From NCBI RefSeq assembly GCF_009914755.1, contig NC_060938.1: DNA of 64,000 nucleotides; one strand, given 5' to 3'. Below are positions 46,138 through 60,599 of the stretch, piece after piece (position 1 is the first letter of the stretch; every line of letters begins with the position of its first letter). Below the pieces are notes generated by a model. The model saw nothing but the letters and a program-made list of their open reading frames with translations, was not told the DNA's origin and did no database searches. A program made the position numbers and the translations under genes. Source of the DNA: the human T2T-CHM13v2.0 reference genome, Homo sapiens.

Positions 46138-47272
46138 TTGGAAGTTACTTATGTTTATATAAAAAGAAACTATTAAAAATTTTCTACTAGAGCAACTGCA
46201 CATGAGGCAGGCCAAGACAAACACAAATCAAGAAATGGAGTCCTCCCAAAGCTGCAGTCTGAAAATACTATAAACAGTTAATTCCACACACATGAATGGG
46301 TTTCTTTGCTATAGAAAATCCAAGTGAAATAAGAAATGGACATGTTTGACAAGGTTTCATTTAAAAAAGGATGAGACCCTGTATGTGTTTAGTTTTCTGC
46401 TCCGTCACATTTTTCTCCTGCATTGTCTGATGTCCATAGTGTTAGGTTGTTTCTAATCAACTTCTAAGGTGGGTGCTGTCTTTGCATAAGTGTTCATTAA
46501 GTTTATCAAGTTTTGCAGTGGCCTCATTAAAAGCCTTTTTATTAAGGATCTCATGGTAAAATATGGAAAAGCTGAGAGCCAGATCATGGGAGATTGGGTG
46601 TGTGGGTTGCGTCTTTTTCTTGCTTCTATCAAATGCTTTTTAGTAAGCTCCTTGGGAATTATCTTTTATTTGTTTCCAATCATTGCCATATGCAACTTTA
46701 GTAAAGTACAAGAAGTAGTCTCTCTTCAGTTTCAGAAAGAAAACTTTACTCTTTGGATTAGTTGCATTGGCTAGTAAATGCTTATCCAAAAATTCCAAGA
46801 CCCTGGTGCAGATGGATCTCAGCTCAGACTTCACTTTCTGCTTAGTCCTTTATCAGCTGCAACTTCTTGTCAGAGTTGTCAGTTTTCTGCTTGAGATAGT
46901 CCTTCATCAGCTGCAAATTTCTGTTGGAGGTATTGGTTTTCTGCTCAATGCTTCATTCAGATGACCTTCCAGGCAGACCTGTGGCCCCTGACCATGGTCT
47001 TGTAGGCCACTGAGAGCAGATTGTACTCCTCTTTGGGCAACTGGACACCCTGCTTGGCCACGGCTTTCCTGAATGTGGCCATGTTGAAGCGCTCTCAGCC
47101 TGCTTGGTCAGCTTAGCCTTCTGAATCAGCCGTAGATCTACTCCATGACATGTGGTGAGCTGTTTGTAGGGCCAGGGCTGAGGATGAAGGGAGCGATGGT
47201 GAGTGTCTAGCTGGATCGGAGGAGTTCTTCTCAAGAGCTTTAAGTCTGTTGGCCGTAAGAGAAGTCTCCATT
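46138..47272 (-). pseudogene. YWHAQ: Processed pseudogene of 14-3-3 theta (parent YWHAQ): 5'UTR, decayed CDS 47146->46389, first ~250 nt of 3'UTR
   Basis: Intronless; minus-strand peptides [68 protein letters not shown]-like, ending AEN*; theta-specific residues and UTR matches; multiple stops and indels. Confidence 0.93.
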
Positions 47273-47289
47273 ATCTTTATAATAAAATT

Positions 47290-47745
47290 CAAATAATTTA
47301 TGTGGCTCACCAGGCTATACATTAACTGGTCCCTGCCTGTTTCATAAACTACTACAAATATTCTTTCACTGTAGTACAGGATCAGGGTGTCCCTGGAAAA
47401 CCACGTAATCTATGTCATTGAAATGTTATACTTCTTCCAACTGCCAGTAACGTTCATCCTGCAAATTGTCACATGGCTGGCTTATTCTTGCAATAAGCAC
47501 TGCTGGTGGCATGTCACTTCCTCAGATATCTTACCAGAGAACACTATCAAAAATACCTACTGTGCCTCCACCAACAACTTTAGTTCTATTTTATTTCATG
47601 TTTTGTGTTCCTCATACAGTAAAGCGCAGCCTATAGTTTTACTATCTATGGGCCCTTTATTTGACAAGGGCCTTGTCTGGTTTGTCATTCCTGTGTTTCA
47701 CCATTTAACATTAATTCAAAATTATTTATTGAGTTCCTGAGAAAA
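47290..47745. mobile_element. L2 remnant
   Basis: ctggtccctgcct...gtcacttcctcag...attcaaaattatttattgag. Confidence 0.55.
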
Positions 47746-48804
47746 TATAGAGAATCGGTAAATAATTTTGAAGAAAATAAATAAATCCTCCCGAATATTT
47801 ATACTATTTCTACATTTATGTTGAGCAAAATACTAAAAGCATAATTCTATCACATTGTTTTCATTGATAATAATGTAAACAGAATTTATAATACATCATT
47901 TCTATCAAAAAATATATAAACTTTCCACACTACCCAGAAACAGTACTGGTTACTTCAATTTACTTTTATTCTTACCTAGCCAATCAATCTGTTAGTTATA
48001 GAGAGATTTAAAATTAAAAATGCTTCAGGAAAACCAGAGATGATTATATTTAGAAATATTCAAAATTATTAGTCAAATATACTTTGAATATCAAACTAAA
48101 TGGCAATATTGAATCAAATTAAGTAGCAATTCTATTTGTGATTTATGTACTGATTATAATAAACTTGATTTATAAATCAAACATTTAATGAGTATATGTC
48201 AATATTCAATGTAAAATAAAATACAGAAGAATAACTATTTAATATTTAGCTACTTTGATACTTTATCCTAAAAGCTAAAAACATTATTTTAAAGACTTTT
48301 ATCACAGAAAAAAATGTGATTTTTTTCATGATGGAGACAAAATAATGCATTTTCACAAACTGAGACTTTAGGCTATATCTTTTTTGCTAGGTGATTTTTT
48401 CAATGATTTTTTTCACCTATGGGACAACTAAATAGTAAGGCGTTCTTGCTATTACAATGCTTTAGCCTTCTGTTTTCCTTTTAAATAAGTATATGTCAAG
48501 TTCATTTGTGCATAGAATTCAGTCAGGAAATTTTGTAAGTAAATCAAATATTTCCAAATGCTATAATATTTTTATTGATTCTATAAAAATTTTAGAGTTG
48601 TTTTTCCAACTGCACATATTGCTACAAAAAGATAAAAACCACATAGGCACTGTAAAATGTAAGTATCCTTTGGCTTTTTGACAATCCAGTGTTTCATGTT
48701 TCCCTTTAGGCAAGAGAGAAAATATACAATCAGTCTATGTGATGTGTGTACCAATGTATTGTACTTTTGTATAATGATCATTATATATAAATGATCATTA
48801 TATA

Positions 48805-50340
<1,536 letters not shown>

Positions 50341-50402
50341 CTCTGTTCAACTTCTCTCCCTGTTTTATATTTTTTTCTTTCTCTTCCATCTTAATACAAC
50401 AC

Positions 50403-50412
50403 AATCATGCCC

Positions 50413-50455
<43 letters not shown>

Positions 50456-50574
50456 GTAGAGTCGGGGTTTCATCACGTTGGTCAGGCTAGTCTCGAACTC
50501 CTGACCTAAGGTGATCCACCCGTTTCAGCCTCCTAAAGTGTTGGGATTGCAGGTGTGAGCCACCATGCCCAGCC
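50403..50574 (-). mobile_element. Alu left arm with middle linker expanded to T39; right arm deleted
   Basis: catgcccagc + T39 (50416-50454) + left monomer. Confidence 0.85.
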
Positions 50575-50849
50575 AGATGGACTCTTTTGTAAATCAAAAC
50601 CTGGGTTTCCTATTATAAAATACGTGAATATCTATACTGCTGATTGTTTTCTTTGCTGTAATTCTTTCAAGCATTTTTTTTTAAATGAATGTCTATACCT
50701 CTTACATTCTTGCAGTACATTCTTAACTCATTTCAGTTCAGGTTAGAATTTTTGTTTTTCTATGTGACAATATAAACTTATAATGACACTAAAATTGGGG
50801 CTGCTGTCAACTCATCATTGGAAGTATGCTAGTTCTAAATATTAAATTA

Positions 50850-51160
50850 TTTTTTGGTTTTTTTTTTTTTTCTTTAGACTGAATCTTGCTCTTTCATCCA
50901 GGCTGGAGTGCAGTGACACAATCTTGGCTCAATGCAACCTCCACCTCCTCCTGGTTTCAAGCTATTCCTCCACTTAAGGCTCTCGAGTAGCTGGGACTAC
51001 AGGTGTGCACGACCACACCCAGCTAATTTTTGTATTCTTTGACAGAGACAGGATTTCACCATGTTAGCCAAGCAGGTCTCAAACTCCTGACCTCAAGTAA
51101 TCTGCCCACCTGGACCTCCCAAAGTGCTGGGATTACAGGCATGAACCACTGCACCCGGCC
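50850..51160 (-). mobile_element. Alu (J/old S)
   Basis: Dimeric Alu; flanks taaatattaaatt / taaatatcaattt. Confidence 0.92.
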
Positions 51161-51571
51161 TAAATATCAATTTTAAAAAATGTGCCAGGGACTTTAAATA
51201 ATGTACTAGTTCTTCCTTATATGTGTAATTTTAGAAGTATTCCAAGAAATTATTATTAAATAATCATTTTATAAAGGTAAAAGCAGGAAAGCTATTTTAT
51301 GCACTGTTATAATGATTAGCATATACTAGCTACTCTATAAAAATGTTACCTTATTATCAGGAAACACATTGCCTGTGGTACATTAATACCTCTGATTTCA
51401 CTCCATCACTACAGATTTATTGTATTGGTGTACTTATAGCAGAGTATAATATTCATCTAAAATTATATGACTACAATATTCATCTAGTATGATATTTATT
51501 TATTAGCAACAAACTACATTGTAAACAAGGTCCCCTATGACAGAGATAATTAAACATAATTTAAGTATGCA

Positions 51572-54555
51572 AACATTTCACTTCTTTTATGACTGAATAG
51601 TGTCCTATTACAAATAGAATACATATTGCATATCTACAATATGTTTAATTATTATATAATACCATATTTTTATGAACAGATGAACAAAGAAAATGTGATA
51701 TATATATCTAATCATCTGTTGATAGACATTAAGTTTTCTTCCATATCTTGGCTACGGTGAATAGTGCTAAATAAACAGGTTAAAGATATCTCTTCAATGT
51801 ACTGATTTCCTTTCTTTTAGATAAATACCGAGCAGTGGGATTGCTGGATTGTATGGTAGTTCTGTTCTTAGTTTTTTGAAAAACTTGTATGCTGTTTTTC
51901 ACAATGTCTGTACTAATTTACATTCCCTCCAAGATTGTGTAAGAATGTCCTTTTCTCCAAATCCTCATGAGCATTAGTTATTTTTCCTCTTTTTGCTAAT
52001 AGCCATTCTTATTATGGTAACATATTTCATTGTGGCTTTGATTTACATTTTCTGATGATTAGTCATATTGAGTACTTTTTCATATATTTGTTGGCCATTT
52101 ATATGTCTTCTTTTGAGAAATATCCTAAGATTCTTTGCCTATTTTTAAATAAGAAGGTGATGATGATGATGACTATTATTATTATTGCTGTTGAGTTGTT
52201 TGAGTTCATTGTAAATTATGCATATTAATTACTTATCAGATGAATAGTTTGCAAATATATTCTCCCATTCAATGGATTGTCTTTTCACTGTATTGTTTCC
52301 TTTTTTTGTGTAGAAGCCTTATAGTTTAATGTAGACCCATTAGTATATCTTTGCTTTTGTTGCCTGTGTTTTTGTAGTCTTTTGAAGCCGTAAAATCTTT
52401 ACCTAGACCAATGTACTGGAGTGTGTTCCCTATTTTCTTTTAGTAGATTTATAGTTCTAGATCTTTTGTTTAATCAATCCACTTTGAGTTTATTTTTGTA
52501 TAGGGTGAGAGAGTTCTGGCTTCATTCTTCTGCATGTGGAAATCCAGTTTTCCCAGCACAATTCATGAAAAAAGGTGTTATTTTCCCAATTATGGTCTTA
52601 GCATCTTTGTTACAAATGAATTGGCTATAAATATGTGAACTTACTTAGTGGTTCACTATTCTGTTTTATTGGTCCATGTGTTGGCTTTTGTACCAATGCC
52701 ATGATATTTTGTTTATTATAGCTTTTTATTACATTTTAAAATCAAATAATATGATGCTTCTAGCTTTGTTCTTTTTGTTCAGTATTGCTTCGGCTATGTG
52801 GAGTCTTTTGTGGTTCTATACAAGTTTTAGTGTTTTCGCTTTTTTTTTTTTTACTGTTTCTGTGAAGAATGTCATTGGTATTTAGATGGGAATTGCATTG
52901 AATCTGTAGGTTTCTTTGGGTAGTATAGTCATTTTAGCAATATTAATTCTTCAAATTCATGAGCATGAGATATCTCTCCATTTGTTCATTTCCTAAATTT
53001 CTTTTCAACATTATTTTGTAGCATCTGTTGCAGAGGTCTCTCACCTCTTTAGTTAAGTTTATTTCTAGGTAATATTTTTGTAGTTATTGTAAACTGCATT
53101 ACTTCCTCAATTTCTTTTTCAACTAGTTTGTTATTGGTATATGGAAACAATACTGATTTTGTTTGATGATTTTGTGTCCTGCTACTTTGCTGAATTCTTG
53201 TTTTAGTTCTCAGATTTTTGGGTGGTGTTTTTAGGTTTTTCTATATGTAAAGATTATGTTGTCTGCAAATCCTAATTGATCGTGGTGTATCTTTTTGAGG
53301 CACCATGTTATTGGATTTGGTTGCTATTTTGTTGGTGATTTTGGCATTCATGTTTATCAGGGGTATTTAGGTTTAGTTTTCTTTTTTTGTTACGTTCTTG
53401 TCTGGTTTTGGTATCAGGGTAATGCTGGCCTCGTAGAATGAGTTAGGAAGAATTCCTTTGTCTTCCATTTTTTTGGAAGAGTTTGAGAAGAATTGATATT
53501 AGTTCTTCTAACTAGTGGAATTCAGATATAAAGCCATCCAGTCTTGAAGGGCTTTTCTTAGTTGGGAAACTTTTTATTACTTATTAAATCTATTTATTGA
53601 TTATTGTTCTGTTCAGGTTTTTTTTTCTTTTTGGTTAAATCTTGGTGTGTTTATATATCCAGAAATTTATTCATTTCCTCTAAGTTTTTAAATTTGTTTA
53701 TTTTAATGTATTCATATAGCCTTTAATGATCCTTTGTATTTCTGTAGTATACGTTGTAAAGTCTCCCTTTTCATATCTGATTTTCTTTATTTGGGTCTGC
53801 TTTCATTTATTCTTGGTTACTCTAGCTAACAGTTTATCAATTTTGTTTACTTTAAAAAAATTGTATTTTGTTGATTCTTATATATTTCAATTAATATTCT
53901 TAAATATTTCTTATAATATTAATAATTTCTTATTAATATTAATTATTAATTTTAATAATTTCTTATTAATATTAATTATTAATTTTAATAATTTCTTGTT
54001 AATATTAATTATTAATTTTATCAATAATTTATTTCTTATTAATATTAATCCTTAAATATTAATTTTCAATTAATATTCTTAAATATTAAAATATATTTTT
54101 ATTATTTACTTTGTTTAGTACTGCCCTGATTTCATTTTTTTCCTCTCCTACATTTTGGTTTGGTTTGTTCTTCCCTTTCTAGTTCCTTCAGGTGCATCTT
54201 TATGTTTATTTGAAATCATTCAACTTTTTTGATATAGAAATTTATTGCTTTAAGCTTCCCTCAATATTTCTTTTACTGCCTTCCATAGGTTTTAGTATGC
54301 TGTGTGTCCATTTTTACTCATTTTAAGAAAAATTTCAATTTTCTTCTTCATTTCCTAATTGACTCACTGGTTATTCAGGAGCACATTGTACAATTTCCAT
54401 GTATTTGTACAATTTCCAAAATTCTTGTTTTTTACTTACGGTTTTATCCCATTGTTGTCTGAGAAGACACTTGATACGATATTATTTTTTAAAAATTTGT
54501 TGAGACATGTTTTGAGTCCAATAGTATTGTCTTTTCTGGAGAAAGTTCCAGGCAA
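51572..54555 (-). mobile_element. L1MA/PB 3' end and ORF2 remnant with an internal deletion (~53270) and an AT-rich insert
   Basis: Continuous antisense L1 motifs. Confidence 0.85.
53921..54019. repeat. 33-bp AT-rich minisatellite x3 inside a ~210-bp AT patchwork (53885-54095)
   Basis: aataatttcttattaatattaattattaatttt at 53921, 53954 and 53987. Confidence 0.93.
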
Positions 54556-55554
54556 TGATGGGATCTCTCTTTTGTACTTCATAAATGCCCAAAGAAACTT
54601 ACTTAGAAATATGAATCATCAATGTATAATGTTTGTCCTTTTTTATTGTTCCTAGAGGGCTTTTATAAAAGCAATTCATAAAGAAGAATATAGTAATGAC
54701 TTTTGGCACTGGGTTAAACTCAAAACAATGCTAGAATAAAAAGCTGATATTCTAAACACTAAAAATTAATTCACAAGCCAGAATAAAACACTAGTTCAAT
54801 GTATTCCAGAATAATAATTATTTTTTTTCCTAAAAAGCTACACAAAATGCCAATATCTCTGCAGATGTGATATTAATGAACATTCTTCATTCAATGAAAA
54901 TGTGAGTCGTTAACATTATATGAATACTTCTGTTACATGAAGTGTTTTCTTCCTGCAGAATGAGTAGCCCACTATAAATAGAAGTAAAGGAAGTTTATGA
55001 GTTATCACCATTATGCACTTTTTTCATTTTGTTGATTTTTTTTTTGTATTTTTAATACTTATTTTGTGTAGTACTGCTCCGATTTTATTCTTTTCCTACT
55101 CTTAATTTTTGGTTTGGTTTGTTCTTGCCTTTGTAGTTTCTTCAGATGCATCTTTATGTTTATTTGAAATCTTTCCACTTTTTTGATATACACATTGATT
55201 GCTGTTTCTCTCTTAATATTTCAAAAATCACTATTATAAATTTAATCATTACAAAAATCACTATTATAAATTTAAGGGATAATAACAGTGCAAAAATGTA
55301 GCATATGAACTCTGTATTTAAAAAGTGTCCATTTATCTTCTGCATGATTTTATTTTCTTATTTTTAGGCAAATTGTATTTTCTATAAATTTAATAAACAG
55401 TACCTATGTGCCATTATGTTTACACATGATAGTAAGTATTCGTGAATGTGGCTAATGAGTTCTTCCCAAAGACTAAGCATTCATTAATAGTAAATCTCTT
55501 TTCCCCATGAGTTATATTTTATGTGAACATTTACCAAACATCCAAATAACTGGA

Positions 55555-57262
55555 TTTCTCTTCTAGAGGTTTTACAGTTTCGGGACTTACATTTAAATCT
55601 TTACTCCATTTTGAGTTTACACTTATATGAGATAATGGTCCAATTTCATTATTCTGCATTTGGATAGTCAGTTTTCTCAATGGCATTTATTAAAGAGACT
55701 TTCCTTTTCCCATTGTCTGCTGTTGATATTTTTGTAAAAAATTAATTGATCTAGGATACATAAGTTTATTTCTGAGCTCTTCATCCTATTACTTTGATCA
55801 ATGCATCTTTTTTTTTCCTTGACAGTAGCATACTCTTTTGATTACTATAGCTTTTTAATATGTCTTTAAATCAGCTAGCATGATGCCATTACCTGTGTTC
55901 TTGCTGAGGAGTGCTTTGGCTATTTGTGTGCTTTTGTAGTTCCATATAAATTTTAGGATTGTTTACTTAATTTCTGTGAAAAATGACATTGAAATTTTGA
56001 TAGGAACTTCAGTGAATGTGCAGACCACTTTGAGTTGTATCGACATTGGGCAACAATTTCATATACTTGACCCCAAAACACAGGCAACAAAGGCAAAAAT
56101 AGACAAATGAGATTGCATTAAACTAAAGAGGTTTTGCTCAACAAAAGAAACAATTAACAGAGTAAAGAGACAACCCATAGACTGGGAGATTATATTTTCA
56201 AATTATAAATTGGATAAGGAACTAATATCCAAAACATACAAGGACTTCAAAATACTAACACAACAACAAAAATCAAATAATCCTATTAAAAATGGGCAAA
56301 GGACCTGAGTAGATGTTTCTTAAAAGACATAGAAATAGCCATCAGATATATGAAAAAAAATGAGCAACATAAATAATCATCAGAGAAATGCAAATTAAAA
56401 CAACAATCCATCTCCTCACTCCTGTTAAAATGACCATTACTGAAAAAAAAAAAAGATAAATGTTGATGAGAATGTGGAAAAGTAAAATACTTATACACTG
56501 TGGGTGGGATTGTAAATTAGTACAACCATTTTAAAAACAGTATGGAGGTTCCTTAAAAACTAAAAGTAGAATTATCATATGGTCCAGCAATCCTGCTTCT
56601 GTGTGTTTATCAAAAGAAAGTGAAATCAGCATGTTGAAAGGATGTCTGTATGTTCATGTTCATTGCAACGTTATTCACGATAGTAAACATATGTAAACAA
56701 CCTAAGTATGTCTCAAACGGTAAATAGATACAGAAACTGTGGCATATGTACTTACACACTGGAATAGTATCCAGCTTTACAAAGAAAATTTTGTCATTTG
56801 GGACAGCATGGATGTATCTGGAGGAAATTATGCTAAGTGAAACAAGCCAGGTACAGAAAGACAAATGCTGCATGATCTTGCTTAAATGTAAAATCTAAAA
56901 AGTCAAAATCATAGAAGTAGAGGGTGGAATGATGGCTACCAGAAAGTGAGCATGGGCCAGTGGACCAAGAAAGTGGATATGTTGGTCAAAGGCTAAAAAG
57001 TTTTGGTTAGACAAGAGAAGTAATTTCTGGTTGATACATTGCAGCATTGTGACTATAGCTAATAATCATGTATTCCATATTTCAAAGTTACTAAAATAAT
57101 AAAATGTAAATGTTTTAATTACAAAGAAATGATAGATTTGTGAGATGATACATGTGTTAGTGTGGCTTGATCATTGCGCTATGCATACATGTATATAATA
57201 ACGTCATACTTTGCCACCTAAATATATGCAATTATTATTTGTCAATTACAAATAAAATAAAA
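55555..57262. mobile_element. L1MA with classic twin-priming 5' inversion (minus 55555-56055, plus 56057-57262)
   Basis: The inverted part begins just upstream, in L1 coordinates, of where the sense part starts; ends in aaataaaataaaa. Confidence 0.82.
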
Positions 57263-57800
57263 TTTTAAAGATAGATCACTCTCGAGTTGCCTCAGATATT
57301 GTTAGATAAATGCATCTTTTAACTCCAAAGCCTGCACAGGTGGTGTGTCACCAAAATTACCCATTTCAATATCACTTTCTGAAAATTTTATTATTTAAAT
57401 CAAAGTATTTTTTCCTACTATTCTTTTTTTCACTATTAATATTTAATACTTCCTTCTGATGGACTGTGTAATCTCTAGGTCAGACAAAACCTCCAAAGAA
57501 AAAGACTGAGGAGTGGAATGAGCATTCTCCATTTCATTGTTCATGGTGGTCTTCACATGTATTTTACTCCTACTCTATAGCAAAGATCTCTACAAGGGTG
57601 TTATGTTATATTCCAATAAAATATGTGGTGGGTATAATTATCTGTCTCTAATATCTTTTTGGTTTCCTTAACATCAAGACGAAACAATCATTTACAGTGG
57701 CTACTAAATTCCACCTGTAATTAAATATTTTTCTTTTCTTTTTTTTCCTTTTCCTGATAGATATGTAAGCAGCTATCTACATGCAATCTTTGGCTTCTTT

Positions 57801-58100
57801 TTTCTTTTCTTTTTTTTTGGAGATGGAATCTCGCTGTGTCACCCAGGCTGGAGTGCAGTGGCACAAACTCGGCTCACTGCCACTCCCGTCTCCCAGGTTC
57901 AAGCAACTCTCCTGCCTCAGCCTCCTGAGTAGCTGGGATTACAGGTGCATGCCACCATGCCCGGTTAATTTTTGTATTTTAGTAGAGATGGGGTTTCACC
58001 ATGTTAGCCAGGCTGGTCTCGAACTCCTGACCTCAGATGATCTGCCCGCCTCGGCCTCCCAAAGTACTGGGATTACAGGTGTGAGCCATCTTGGCTGGCC
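57801..58100 (-). mobile_element. AluSx/Sz-like with TSD
   Basis: TSD tggcttcttt at 57791 and 58101. Confidence 0.96.
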
Positions 58101-58613
58101 TGGCTTCTTTCTTATCTCAAAAAAAGTTACTAAACACATAAATAAATAGAAATATGTCATTTTTCTTGTCCTTGAGAGTTTCTATTTTGACCAACTGAAC
58201 TAAAAAAAAGGCTCAAATTCAGTTTACAGTTGACAAACTAAATAATTGATACTAACCCTGCTTCTGAAGACAATTTTAAAAACTGGTGAAATAGGTTTTA
58301 AAATTGGATTTAAAATGTGATATCAAAGATGATGAGGAATTATTGTGCGATGGCACAGGAGACTGCAGAAACTTGAATATATGAGCCCAGCATAGAAGCA
58401 CATGTGCTTCAAAAACAGTTTGATGGTATAAATAAGACAGCTGAGAGAATGAGCTATAATTTCGAGACCTTTAAGGGCCACAGGAACAATGACATATCCA
58501 GAGACTGTCAAGATTTAAGACTCTAATAATTCCATCACCCAACTTGGAAATGGGACCTTAAAGAATTCATTAACCAGCTCATTCCCAGACTATGGCACTC
58601 CAATGAAAAATTC

Positions 58614-58904
<291 letters not shown>

Positions 58905-59019
58905 TCCAATGAATAATCTGAGTGCTTCTACACCTGCATTAAGGCATCTTAAATTGTGGCTGACTTGAGGTGCCATAAAAATGCAAATAAGAGTAAATTC
59001 ATCTTAGTCGTCAAATCAT

Positions 59020-59970
59020 GACAAGTATTAATATATTTTAAGCAAATGACCAGATTAAATTCATAGGTAACCTGACACATGTAAGATTAGGTAAAATAAG
59101 CAAGAATAAGTGAAAACAACAAACATTTAAAACAACTAATGGGAAGCCAAGATACTAAAAATACAATTGTTCCAGTATAAAAAGTAACTATGCACAACAT
59201 GTCAAGAAGAAAAAACCTAAGCATGAATATTTTAGGAGAAACTAAAAATTGATAAAAATTAGCACAACATATTAGAAAATTAACCAACTAGGTACTCTAG
59301 ACTAAAAAATACAGTAATTGAAATCAATATAGCAGCAGATTGTATATAGCTAAATAAAAAATAGTATCAAAAGAAATTTTATAATTTATTGTAATAAGAT
59401 ACTAAAAGATGAGAAATACAGCACAGAATGTACAGTACATAGAATATAAAATATAATTTTATAGATATGATGAAAGATTTTTAAGATGCAGAGTAAGAAG
59501 CTCAGAAAAGCCAAGAAAAATGAATAAGAAAATAAATTTAAATATAGACACAAAAGAATATCTTATACACAAATAAGGGTGAGAAAGACAAGAAAGACAG
59601 ATTGCATTGTGACAACAGTTAAACTGAGAGCTGACTTCTGTACAAACACTAGAAATGATATCTTCTGTGGACTAAAAGGGAAAAATGACAGCATAATATC
59701 TACACTTACATAAAATGCCCTTATAGAATGACGAGAAATTAAACATAATTTAAGCAGAAAACTGAAAAATTTGGAACAGATGAACCACAGTAAATGAAAT
59801 TCTAAAGACTGTTCTCTTTAAAATTTCACATAGACTAGAAATCATCTAAGTAAAATGCCACAGATGAAAAAAGGAATAAAGAGAAAAAAGGGAAAAGAAT
59901 GTTAAATCTAAATTAATGCTTACTTTAAACCAGTAACTGTGATTTTCCATAATTACTTGAAAACAATAGC
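59020..59970 (+). mobile_element. Very old L1 ORF1-region (L1ME/HAL1-like) remnant
   Basis: A-rich sense sequence with motifs such as gagagctgacttctgtacaaacactagaa; highly diverged. Confidence 0.4.
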
Positions 59971-59971
59971 A

Positions 59972-59973
<2 letters not shown>

Positions 59974-60021
<48 letters not shown>
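59974..60021. repeat. (AT)24 microsatellite
   Basis: Uninterrupted AT dinucleotide run. Confidence 0.97.
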
Positions 60022-60023
<2 letters not shown>

Positions 60024-60420
60024 ATTAAAGTGTTCTATATGTGTTTCATTGCTTCCGTGATGAATAAAGGTATTAATTGAGACTAGATTAGGTGAAGATT
60101 GGTAAATTTAACATGCATCATTCAAGATAATCTAGCTTATACTGAACTTACACACAGCTATACATTTTAGTGGCTTATAATGAAAAGTTTTTTTTCTTAC
60201 ACTGCATGATCATCATCAATCACCTGGAAGCTATGTTCCAACGGAAATATTGCATATTGTCATGCTGAGGGAAAAAGAAAATGACAAACCATGCTCTGAA
60301 TGAACATAATGAGTAGCCTATCTTATTCTTCTGTTCACAAAGTATTCAGTATGTTCACATTACATATATTTCCCCTTTATCACTACAATATTTGACCGCA
60401 CCTGAAATACAAATTGGAGA

Positions 60421-60523
60421 ACATATTCTACTGAAGAGTGAGGACATATTCTACTGAAGAGTGAGGACATATTCTACTGAAGAACATATTCTACTGAAGA
60501 ACATATTCTACTGAAGAGTGAGG
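60421..60523 (+). repeat. Minisatellite: core acatattctactgaaga x5 with 23/23/17/17-bp spacing
   Basis: Cores start at 60421, 60444, 60467, 60484 and 60501. Confidence 0.95.
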
Positions 60524-60599
60524 AGTTTTCTCAACCCATTCGTGTATAGTAATTAAGCAATATTTTTTTGAGAAATGAGAAGTGTCATTTTATTCTACA

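Noticed and set aside
43309-46190. HERV-K ORFs as functional gag/pro/pol
   Set aside because: Multiple stops and frameshifts, protease DTG lost, no LTR promoter.
46953-47322. Minus-strand ORFs of 93 and 69 aa as new genes
   Set aside because: They are frameshifted readings of the YWHAQ pseudogene 5'UTR and CDS.
48770-48803. 16-bp palindrome tataatgatcattata with a partial second copy
   Set aside because: Short and AT-rich; explained by local slippage at an L1 boundary.
53726-54055. 109-aa hydrophobic ORF with NNFLLILIINF repeats
   Set aside because: Translation of the 33-bp AT minisatellite inside L1.
57781-58149. ORFs of the [13 protein letters not shown] type (also 1145, 38957, 61252)
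   Set aside because: Antisense Alu translation artefacts.
60421-60523. Repeat with apparent spacers resembling a CRISPR array
   Set aside because: The spacers are identical or absent, the context is mammalian and there are no cas genes; it is a minisatellite.
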